Below are positions 30,329 to 38,594 of a stretch of DNA of 64,000 bases, piece by piece. Each line of letters opens with the position of its first letter. Position 1 is the stretch's first letter. Origin of the DNA: Planctomycetota bacterium (GTDB lineage Bacteria; Planctomycetota; GCA-002687715; CAIWVZ01); NCBI GenBank assembly GCA_044222185.1, contig JBGANV010000001.1:1024001-1088000 (forward strand), written 5' to 3'. The position numbers and the translations under genes were made by a program. The notes beneath the pieces were generated by a model. The model was not told the origin of the DNA. It saw only the letters and a program-made list of their open reading frames with translations, and ran no database searches.

Positions 30329-31744
30329 CTACTGCAGCTGGCTCACCAAGACTGGAGACTTGGCGTCGAGGTTCGCGGCCGTCGTCCCGAGCAGGGTGTG
30401 GCTGACGCCGAAAACGAAGATCCCCGTGAGCCCGGGCGGAAGCTGGACGGTGCTGGAGGACGCGCCCGTGGCGTCCAGCATCCCCACGAACGGCAAGGCG
30501 CCGAATCCAATTTCGAAGCCCACGTCGGACTGGGGCATGAACAACCCGCCCCATGGGCCGCGCCCCAACCCCGGGCCCGCGTTCGCGGCATCGGTCGTCA
30601 GCAGCGTCACGAAAGTCCCACTCGGGCCACCACCACTGACGTCGATCACGGCGTGCGAGGGTCCGGCCGGTTGGGACATCGTGAGCGAGAGTGTCGTCGG
30701 AGGCGCCCACTCGAAGGCTCCCATGTCCGGCTTCAGGTACTGCGGGCGGGAGCGGCCCTCGAGGTCATCCGGCAACGTTCCGGGCGCGTACGACGTCCCC
30801 GTGTCGATGCACGGAGACCCAAGCGAGAGGTGATAATCGTGGAGCGCGACCGACGCGAACCCGGGATCGACGTCGATGCAACCGCTTCCCCCATTCCACA
30901 GACGTATGTTGGAGTTCAGCACGAAGGGCGAGACGAGGCCGGAGGCTTCCAGGGCATTCGGGGGCATGTACGATCCGGTCCCAACGTTGCCCCTGATGAT
31001 GGAGTTCGACACGTAGATGGCCCCAAGCCCCTGAACCCCGCCATAGGTGCCGGAGCCCCCGGATCCGCCGGCCGCGTTGGCCGTGATCGTGCAGTGTCGG
31101 AACCCGACCGTTCCGCCGCTGCATTTGACGCCACCAGGCCCCGCCGTCGCGACCGTGAACAACGCGGAATGGCCCGCACCCCCCGTGTTGTTCGCAATCA
31201 CGCAGTTGTGGAATTCGACGTCGCCGGAGAGTACCCACACGCCGCCGGCCGTCGCGTCGACTGGCGTTCCATACACGTACGGCAGTGAGCCGCTTTGTAT
31301 GACGTACCCCGCGCCGCCGACGTTGTCGCGGATGATGCAGTGATGGAATCGCGGTGACGCGGCCGTGATCTGGATTCCGCCCGCGAGGCTCGGAGTGGAC
31401 GGGTCAGCGATGCCGCGACCATTGGCGACCGTGACGCCGTCGATGACGCAGTTCGTGTTGACGTTCGAGACGCTCAAGACAGGGTGAGTTCCGCCACCAT
31501 CGAGGACCGTGACCGCTGGCCCGCCGGAACTCTTGAGATGAATGTTGCGATTCACCGTGAGGACTGACGGACTCGAGTACGTGCCCGGCGCGACGATGAT
31601 CGTGTCGCCGTGATTCGACGCGGCGAGCGCCGAGACGAGCTGGGTTACGTTGTTGACGCTCCATGTCACCTGCGCCTGTGAACTGCGTGCGCTCACGAGA
31701 GCCGCGAGGCTCAGCACCAACGAGAGGCCGTATCGCTGAATCAT
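30329..31744 (-). CDS. Secreted right-handed beta-helix protein (choice-of-anchor Q-like) with C-terminal domain
   Basis: Signal peptide; GDTIIVAPGTY, repeated CIIRDN/CVIANN/CTITAN, DYHLSLGSPCIDTG, PDMGAFE; AGGAGG RBS. Confidence 0.85.
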   Translation of the reverse strand: MIQRYGLSLVLSLAALVSARSSQAQVTWSVNNVTQLVSALAASNHGDTIIVAPGTYSSPSVLTVNRNIHLKSSGGPAVTVLDGGGTHPVLSVSNVNTNCVIDGVTVANGRGIADPSTPSLAGGIQITAASPRFHHCIIRDNVGGAGYVIQSGSLPYVYGTPVDATAGGVWVLSGDVEFHNCVIANNTGGAGHSALFTVATAGPGGVKCSGGTVGFRHCTITANAAGGSGGSGTYGGVQGLGAIYVSNSIIRGNVGTGSYMPPNALEASGLVSPFVLNSNIRLWNGGSGCIDVDPGFASVALHDYHLSLGSPCIDTGTSYAPGTLPDDLEGRSRPQYLKPDMGAFEWAPPTTLSLTMSQPAGPSHAVIDVSGGGPSGTFVTLLTTDAANAGPGLGRGPWGGLFMPQSDVGFEIGFGALPFVGMLDATGASSSTVQLPPGLTGIFVFGVSHTLLGTTAANLDAKSPVLVSQLQ

Positions 31745-32494
31745 GGTTGGGTCCTCCTTTCGAATCCCGCCGGAGCGGATGCCCCGGTCGCGATCATTGC
31801 GCTCACGACCATGGGTGCTGATCGAGCTCGTGCGCCGTCGCCGCGACGCCTGCTGGAGTCGCGAAAGGACGAGCCGTAGCCCCGTTCGATACCAGTTGCC
31901 GGCGCCGCCAACGCCGGAAGCCGTTCACGCGCGCCGTGGCATCCGTCTGCCCGCACGCACGCTACCCAGGATCGGAACGCCCACAGAGTACTCGCTCGTC
32001 CCGGCGTTTGGATGCGAAGTCTGAGGAGTCGCGAACGAGACCAATCGCGGCGCGCGCGCCCGACCAAAGACCGAGACGGGGCGACCACGATCTATCGGGT
32101 CGCCGCCTGGCGTCGCGCCGTGGCCCCGGCCATCGAGATCTCCGCATCTCGGCGCAATGCGCGCACGGTCGTCTTGGCGTTCTGCGATGACTGGGTCGCA
32201 GGTCACGGGTTCAGGACCGCGGTCGCACGAATCACCTACGGTGAACGAGGCGTCGCATCTTTCACGTGATCGCTTGATGAGTGACCGCACCGGACATCCC
32301 GGTTTCTGCCACGAGCCGGCGCAGTGCTCGGATCGAGCGTCGCCGACTCCAGCGTCGGGCCCGCATGGCAGCGACCGAGCGGCTCGGCCGATCGACGGAG
32401 CAGCGACGCCTCCGCGGGAGCCACGCGAGCCCGGGTCCGGCAGCGAGGACGCCCGCCCGGTCGCCGAAGTGCCTCTCCTCGAATGAGTGACGTA

Positions 32495-35053
32495 TCAGAA
32501 CACCTTGATCGTCGCCGCCGTGCCGGTCGATCCCGACGGAGCCGACGAGCTGCCATTTCCTCGCAGCCCGCCGGCGCCGCCCGCGCCAGGGGTCCCGGGC
32601 GTGAACGTGTTCCCACTCGAGGGGTCCGTCAGTGCGGGAGGTGCCGACGTACCGACGAGGACCACGCACCAGCTCCCGCCGCCGTGCGCGCCACCGCCAC
32701 CGCCGCCACCCCCTCCTTGGCCGCCGGCTCCACCACTCCCACCGGGGCCCGACGAGCCATTCGCCGAGGCGCTGAACGTCCCACCGGATCCACCCGCTCC
32801 GCCATTGCCGCCAGCTTGTCCGTCTCCCCCGTGACCGCCGTTCCCGCCCGACCCTGGCAGGAAGACGCAGCCCTGGAAGGTCGGCGACGCGTCGATGAGC
32901 CACGCCGCAACCGACGGAGCACCCTGCGAGCCGCCCCCTCCACCCACTCCGCCCGACCCGCCCGCTCCACCGCCACCACCGCCGCCGCCCAGATCCACAC
33001 CGAGCAGCGCCGAACCGATGCAACCACCGCCGCCACCGCCGCCGCCGCCGCAGCCCTGGTTGCCGGTCGCGCCCGACGTCGCCACGGTCGCAACCCATCG
33101 ACCCGCGTTGTTGACGCTGCCGCCGCCGGGTGAATTCGTGGTCCCGTGGGCTCCCTGGAAACCCGTCGTGCCGGCACCGCCGACCGAACCGATCCCCGCG
33201 ATGGCACCGACCTGGTACGACGACCCGCCGGCCGCGCCATTGCCGCCGCAGCTCGTGGAACCGTCCTGGCCCGAGAGTCCCGGCTGCACGGAGATGTCCC
33301 AGCAGCTGCCCGCGCTGAAGTTCGTGCAGACTCCGTAGCCGCCGTCGCCGCCGTCGCCACCGTTCCCCGCACCGGCGCCGCCCGCGCGCCGCGTCTGCGG
33401 GAAGGACGGGACGTAGACGCCGCCCTGACCCGGAGCGCCGTTGGCGCCGTTGGGCGCGTGCGGCGTGGGCGGACCGGCCCCGTGTACCCCGACCGCGCCC
33501 GGCGCCGAATCGAACCGGCAGTCGTCGAACCGGAGCGCGGACGAGCAGTTCTTCACGTCGATGGAGATCGACGCCATGTCGTGATCCGACGCCGCGGCAC
33601 TCGCCGACAGGCCCGCGGACGCGCGGATGTCGAGGCCGGAGATCGTCGTCGGGTCCTGGATGTTGCGGAACGCCATTCCGCCGTGGTCGGGACGGATGAT
33701 CGTCTGGTTGTTCGTCAGGAGCCAGGTCGACGGGTTGTAACCCCCGCGGATCGCGATGGCGCCGTTGACCGTGACCGTCTCGTTGAACGTACCGGTGGAG
33801 AGCAGGATCGTCCTCCCCGGCACCGCCGCCGCGAGCGCCGCTGCGAGCGAGTTGAAGGGCGCGCCCTGCGAGCCGTCACCACCGGCCGCTGCATTCGGGT
33901 CGGCGTAGATCGCGTTCGCGTACCGCAGCACGTGGGCATCCGTCGTCGCGTACCCGTTGAGCGTGTTCGACGAGATGACGAGGCCCTGGGACCAGATGTC
34001 GAGCGCGAACCACGGCGGCAGAGTCCCGCCGTAGATCGCACCACTCGGCGGAAGCGGCGCGTGATCGACGATGATGAACGGCTGCGAGATGTCGATCTGG
34101 ACGTCGTCGAGCCCGGCCACCGCCGTGGGCGCGATCCCCGAGGGCTGAGCCTGGACGAGCCAGTAGAAGCTCTCGTTGACGAACGTTCCCGCAGGCGACA
34201 CGAAACGTGCGACGAGCGGATCGAAGCCGATCACGGCCTTGTTCTCGATCGAGTTCGGAATGACACCGCTGACGCCCGTCAGCTGGATGAAATCGGCGCC
34301 CGTGCCCGGGTGCTCGGAGCGGCAGACGACGCCATCGGTGAACGTCACGTTCCCGACCGCCGTCATCCCGTGCAGGCCCGTCGCATCCCCGAACGTCGCT
34401 GGCGCCGTCGCGCCCGGTTGACCGTTCGCGGGAAGCGCGAGTTCCAGATGGGGCACGTGACGGAGCGGGATCAGGTCGTCGCTCTGGATCTCGCCCTGGG
34501 TCCGGCGGATGCTCCAGATGCGCACCTCGTCGATCTTCCCGAGGTAGCCGTCGAGGACCGGCGTACCGGACGACCCGCCGATGCGGACCGCGGACGCGGA
34601 CTGGGTGAGCGTCCTCCCACCGAGACCACTCACGATTCCGACCTGGGCGCCGTCGACGAACAGCCGCAGGGTGCCCGACCCGTTGTGGAAGCTCACCGCG
34701 ACGTGATGGAACACGCCAGTCGAGTAGGTGACCCCCACCGCCGAGCTGACACTCACCGTTTGCGCGCCCGGGTCGAGCGTCGCGTCGAAGGTGTACGCAC
34801 CGGCCGCGTTGATCCGCAACGCGTACGACCCGCCCTTCTCGATGATCGCGTCGCTGGTCGAGGTTCCCGCCAGTGAAGGCGCGAGCCACGCCTCCAGCGT
34901 GAATTCAGTCGGGTTCTGAAGCAGCGGATGGGACGGCGTCGACAGACGCGAGTTGCCGTCGAAGCTGAATCCGCAGCCGGCGCTGGTGGATTGGGCGGCC
35001 ACGACGCCCGCCATGCCAAGGACTCCCAGGATCACCCACGTCGCTCGGTTCAT
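32495..35053 (-). CDS. Secreted LamG + DUF1565-like + glycine-rich (PE-PGRS-like) protein, paralog 2
   Basis: Signal peptide; FTLEAW, FHHVAV, LFVDG, GKIDEVRIWS; PFNSLAAAL; GGxGGxGG tracts. Confidence 0.88.
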   Translation of the reverse strand: MNRATWVILGVLGMAGVVAAQSTSAGCGFSFDGNSRLSTPSHPLLQNPTEFTLEAWLAPSLAGTSTSDAIIEKGGSYALRINAAGAYTFDATLDPGAQTVSVSSAVGVTYSTGVFHHVAVSFHNGSGTLRLFVDGAQVGIVSGLGGRTLTQSASAVRIGGSSGTPVLDGYLGKIDEVRIWSIRRTQGEIQSDDLIPLRHVPHLELALPANGQPGATAPATFGDATGLHGMTAVGNVTFTDGVVCRSEHPGTGADFIQLTGVSGVIPNSIENKAVIGFDPLVARFVSPAGTFVNESFYWLVQAQPSGIAPTAVAGLDDVQIDISQPFIIVDHAPLPPSGAIYGGTLPPWFALDIWSQGLVISSNTLNGYATTDAHVLRYANAIYADPNAAAGGDGSQGAPFNSLAAALAAAVPGRTILLSTGTFNETVTVNGAIAIRGGYNPSTWLLTNNQTIIRPDHGGMAFRNIQDPTTISGLDIRASAGLSASAAASDHDMASISIDVKNCSSALRFDDCRFDSAPGAVGVHGAGPPTPHAPNGANGAPGQGGVYVPSFPQTRRAGGAGAGNGGDGGDGGYGVCTNFSAGSCWDISVQPGLSGQDGSTSCGGNGAAGGSSYQVGAIAGIGSVGGAGTTGFQGAHGTTNSPGGGSVNNAGRWVATVATSGATGNQGCGGGGGGGGGCIGSALLGVDLGGGGGGGGAGGSGGVGGGGGSQGAPSVAAWLIDASPTFQGCVFLPGSGGNGGHGGDGQAGGNGGAGGSGGTFSASANGSSGPGGSGGAGGQGGGGGGGGGAHGGGSWCVVLVGTSAPPALTDPSSGNTFTPGTPGAGGAGGLRGNGSSSAPSGSTGTAATIKVF

Positions 35054-35111
35054 CGCACCACTCCGTCGAATCGTTGATGGACTGCGGCCGAAAACCGGAC
35101 CGCTACTTCGT

Positions 35112-35138
35112 CGTAGAGCCGACGGGCGGCGGCGTGAC
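35112..35138 (-). promoter_or_regulatory. Candidate ECF promoter GTCACG-N14-CTCTACG (copy B)
   Basis: Motif ends 59 nt from ATG 35053; identical fixed positions in two other copies. Confidence 0.7.
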
Positions 35139-35168
35139 GACGCCACCGCCCAAATCCCGCCCCGCACG

Positions 35169-37715
35169 TCAGAGGGACATGACCGTCAGGGCCAGGCCGG
35201 TCAGTCCTGCCGGTGCAAACGTGTTGTTGTCCCCGTGGCGGCCGCCGGCGCCGCCGTTCCCAGGCGTGCCGAGCGTGAGCGTGTTCCCGCTGGCGTTCGA
35301 CGTGAGCGCGGGCGGTGCGCTCGACCCGACCAGCACGATGCACCACGTGGCGCCACCGTGACCCCCCGCGCCGCCGCCACCGTCTCCGCCGCGACCACCG
35401 GCGCCGCCGTGGCCGCCAGAACCCGACAGGCCGTTGACGGTCAGGCACCCGGCACCCCCGGCGCCGCCTGACGCGCCGTTGCCGCCTGCCTGACCGTCGC
35501 CGCCATGCCCGCCGTTGCCGCCGCCACCGGCCTTGAACTCACAGGCGGTGAACACCGGCGACGCGTCGACGAGCCACGCCGCGACGGACGGCGCGCCCTG
35601 CATCCCGCCGCCGCCTCCCTGGCCACCATGGCCACCCCCGCCACCGCCGCCACCGCCGCCACCACGGTTGACGCCGAACGTGGCCGAACCGATGCACCCT
35701 CCACCGCCTCCACCACTGCCGCCGCAGCCGCCGGGCCCGTTCCCGCCGTCGCCCGAGTAGCCTGCGTGCCAGTGGCCGCCCGAATCCGCCGTGCCTCCGT
35801 TCGTCGCGCTTGGAATCCCGTGGCTCGCCGGGGCCGAATCGGGCGCGTCCAATCCCGGGTAACCACTGTCGGGATAGAACCCGCCGGCGCCACCCGGCAC
35901 GGTGTTGTTGCACGTGGACCAACCGGCTTGTCCCGGTGCCGCGAGCATCGACACGCAGCTGCCACCGATGTTGCCGCTGCAGGAGCCGTACCCGCCCGTG
36001 CCACCCTGGCCACCGGGACCGCCGCCTTGCCCGCCCTGCCCGCCCTGCATGGCGGACATTGGGAACGAGCCCGCGTACAGGCCGTCCTGGCCGTTGCTAC
36101 CGCTCACCCCGTTCGGCGCGTGCTGTGACGGGGCGTCGACGCCATGCGCGCCGTTCGCGCCGGCCGCGGAATCAAAGCGGCAATTGGTGAACTCCAACGC
36201 CGACGAGCAGTTCTTCACGTCGAGCGCGATCGACGCCATGTCGCGGTCCGAAGATGCGGCGCTTGCGGACAGTCCCGCCGCCGACCGGATGTCGATGCCG
36301 GAAACACGCGTCGTGGCCTGAATGTCGCGGAACGCCATGCCTCTCTGATCCGGGCGGATGATCGTTCGCGTGTTGGTCTCGAGCCACGTCGTCGCGTTGT
36401 ACCCTCCGCGAATGTTGGTCTCCCCGTTCACGGTGACCGACTCGTTGAACGTGCCCGTCGACAAGATCACCGTGCGGCCCGGCCCTGCGGCCTGGATCGC
36501 CGCGGCGAGCGTGTTGAACGGAGCCCCTGGCGTCCCGTCACCGCCAGCCGGAGCACTGGGACTGGCGTAGACGGCGTCGAGATAGTGCAGCACGTGCGCA
36601 TCGGTCGTCGCGAACCCCGAGAGCGTGTCGTTCGAGATGACGAGACCCTGTGACCAGATGTCGAGACTGAACCAGGGCGGCAGACTGGCAGCATAGGTCA
36701 GGCCGGCCGCCGGGAGCGGGCGACTGTCGATGATGATGAACGGCTGCCCCAGATCGATCTGGACGTCGTCGAAGTTCGGGAACGAAGCCGGCACCGTACC
36801 CGACCCCAGCACTTGCAGGAGCCAGTAGAACGGCGCGTTCGAGAACGTGCCTGCCGGAGACTCGAAGCGCGCGCCGAACGAGAGGTGCCCGAACACGTCC
36901 TTGTTTCCGACGAGGTTGAGCGGATTCCCATCGATCGCGGTGAACTGGACGAAGTCGGCGCCCGTGCCCGGATGGCTCGCGGCACAAACGACTCCCACGC
37001 CGACGAGGATCACACCCGTCGTCGTCACGCCGTGTCCCCCGGTCGCATCGACGAGCGACGCGGGAACCGTCGCGCCCTGCGGACCGTTGCACGGGAGGAC
37101 GAATTCGAGCGACGGCACCCGCCGCAGCGCCATGGGCCGATCGGAGACGATCTGGTTCTGGGTCCTGGCGACGCTCCACAGGCGGAGTTCGTCCAGCTTC
37201 CCCGAGAAGCCATTGGCGACGGGGGTTCCCCCCTGTCCGCCGATGCGGACCTGCGATGACGACTGCGTCAGCGTCTTTCCCGTGAGGCCCGTGACGGAGC
37301 CAACCTGCGTGCCGTCGATGAGCATCTGGAGAGCGCCAGACGGGCCGTGGAACGTCACGGCGACGTGATGGAAGACCCCGGTCGAGTAATTCACTCCGAC
37401 TGCCGACGTCACGGTGTAGACGAGCGCGCCCGGGTCCAGGGTCGCCTCGAAGACGTAGGCGCCGCTGGGGGTCAGTCGGAGGGTGTACGAGCCCGCCTTC
37501 TCGACGATGAAGTCGTTCGACGTCGTGCCTGCGGCCGCCGGGGCGATCCAGGCCTCCACCGTGAACTCCGACGGGTTCTGCAGTGTGGGCGTCGACGGGG
37601 TCGACAGCCGTGCCAGTCCGTTGAACGCGAACCCGCACCCCGCGCTCGTCGTCTGGGCGCTGGCGGCCGTGCCGATTGCGAGAATTCCGAGGACGAACCA
37701 ACCAGATCGCTTCAT
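35169..37715 (-). CDS. Secreted LamG + DUF1565-like + glycine-rich protein, paralog 1
   Basis: Collinear with 32495..35053 over its full length (SAGCGF, HPGTGADF, TTDAHVL, GAPSVAAWL, WCxVLVG). Confidence 0.88.
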   Translation of the reverse strand: MKRSGWFVLGILAIGTAASAQTTSAGCGFAFNGLARLSTPSTPTLQNPSEFTVEAWIAPAAAGTTSNDFIVEKAGSYTLRLTPSGAYVFEATLDPGALVYTVTSAVGVNYSTGVFHHVAVTFHGPSGALQMLIDGTQVGSVTGLTGKTLTQSSSQVRIGGQGGTPVANGFSGKLDELRLWSVARTQNQIVSDRPMALRRVPSLEFVLPCNGPQGATVPASLVDATGGHGVTTTGVILVGVGVVCAASHPGTGADFVQFTAIDGNPLNLVGNKDVFGHLSFGARFESPAGTFSNAPFYWLLQVLGSGTVPASFPNFDDVQIDLGQPFIIIDSRPLPAAGLTYAASLPPWFSLDIWSQGLVISNDTLSGFATTDAHVLHYLDAVYASPSAPAGGDGTPGAPFNTLAAAIQAAGPGRTVILSTGTFNESVTVNGETNIRGGYNATTWLETNTRTIIRPDQRGMAFRDIQATTRVSGIDIRSAAGLSASAASSDRDMASIALDVKNCSSALEFTNCRFDSAAGANGAHGVDAPSQHAPNGVSGSNGQDGLYAGSFPMSAMQGGQGGQGGGPGGQGGTGGYGSCSGNIGGSCVSMLAAPGQAGWSTCNNTVPGGAGGFYPDSGYPGLDAPDSAPASHGIPSATNGGTADSGGHWHAGYSGDGGNGPGGCGGSGGGGGGCIGSATFGVNRGGGGGGGGGGGHGGQGGGGGMQGAPSVAAWLVDASPVFTACEFKAGGGGNGGHGGDGQAGGNGASGGAGGAGCLTVNGLSGSGGHGGAGGRGGDGGGGAGGHGGATWCIVLVGSSAPPALTSNASGNTLTLGTPGNGGAGGRHGDNNTFAPAGLTGLALTVMSL

Positions 37716-37773
37716 CGAACGACTCCCGGGGCAAAGGGTGGATTAGGGGCCGGACCTCCGACCGCCATGGCCC

Positions 37774-37800
37774 CGTAGAGGTGGGGACCCGGGCCGTGAC
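37774..37800 (-). promoter_or_regulatory. Candidate ECF promoter GTCACG-N14-CTCTACG (copy A)
   Basis: Motif ends 59 nt from ATG 37715. Confidence 0.7.
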
Positions 37801-37937
37801 ACGGGAATCCAGGGATCGCGTCGCCGACGCCACGCCGATCGGCCCGAGGCCGCCGTTTCCAGCGCCCCGTCGCCGGCGTCCGACCATGGGCTCCGGGCCG
37901 ATCCGCTCATCTGTCATCCCGCTGTATCCTGTCCCCC

Positions 37938-38585
37938 ATGGCTCCCCCTCCCAGCCCGGCGGATGACGCCGCCGTTTCGATCGCCATCCGGCTCGCCGCC
38001 CGCGGCGATGCGCGGTCGATCGAGACGATCGTCGCGCGATTCTCACCCGCGCTGCACATGCAGGCGCGGCATCGCCTGACGGCAGCGCTGCGGCGTCACG
38101 TCGACCCGACCGACATCGTGAACGACGTGTGGTTGGCCACCCTGCGGCGCCTCCCGCAGTTCGAGCCGGACAAGGGGCGCGCCGTCCCCACGCTCCTCGC
38201 CTACCTGGGCACCGCCGTCCTTCGCCGCGTGTACGAGCTCCACTGCAAACACTTCGGCGGCAAGCCTCCGATCCTCCCCGCGCATGCCGATTCGGGCTCG
38301 GGGGCACCGGGTCCGCTCGCCGACCTGTCCGCGGACACGACCGGAGTCGTCACCAAGGCCGTTCGCGCCGAACGGTTCGAGACGCTCCACCGAGCCTGCG
38401 ACGAACTGGATCCCGTCGACCGCGCGGTGGTCGTCCTGCGAGCGATCGAGCAACAGCCGAACGAGGTCGTCGCCAGCGTCACCGGTTTGACGCCGAATGC
38501 GATTTCACAGCGCCTGCGCCGGGGAATGGCCAAGCTCCGCGAACGACTGCCCGATTCGATCTTCGACGACCTGGATGACGAGTAG
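37938..38585 (+). CDS. ECF RNA polymerase sigma factor (kinase-associated type)
   Basis: Sigma2 region (ARGD…VDPTDIVNDVW) and sigma4 HTH (LDPVDRAVVVLR…EVVASVTGLTPNAISQRLRRG). Confidence 0.9.
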   Translation: MAPPPSPADDAAVSIAIRLAARGDARSIETIVARFSPALHMQARHRLTAALRRHVDPTDIVNDVWLATLRRLPQFEPDKGRAVPTLLAYLGTAVLRRVYELHCKHFGGKPPILPAHADSGSGAPGPLADLSADTTGVVTKAVRAERFETLHRACDELDPVDRAVVVLRAIEQQPNEVVASVTGLTPNAISQRLRRGMAKLRERLPDSIFDDLDDE

Positions 38586-38594
38586 AGCGCGCGG

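Noticed and set aside
31850-32045. Hammerhead-ribozyme-like fragments (CTGAGGAGTC…, GCGAAAGGAC)
   Set aside because: CUGAnGA and GAAA core elements are not arranged around a closing stem II in either copy
32560-36060. (CCG)n / GCCGCCACC repeats resembling a tandem repeat array
   Set aside because: Explained by glycine codons of the Gly-rich proteins; no constant repeat-spacer period, so not CRISPR
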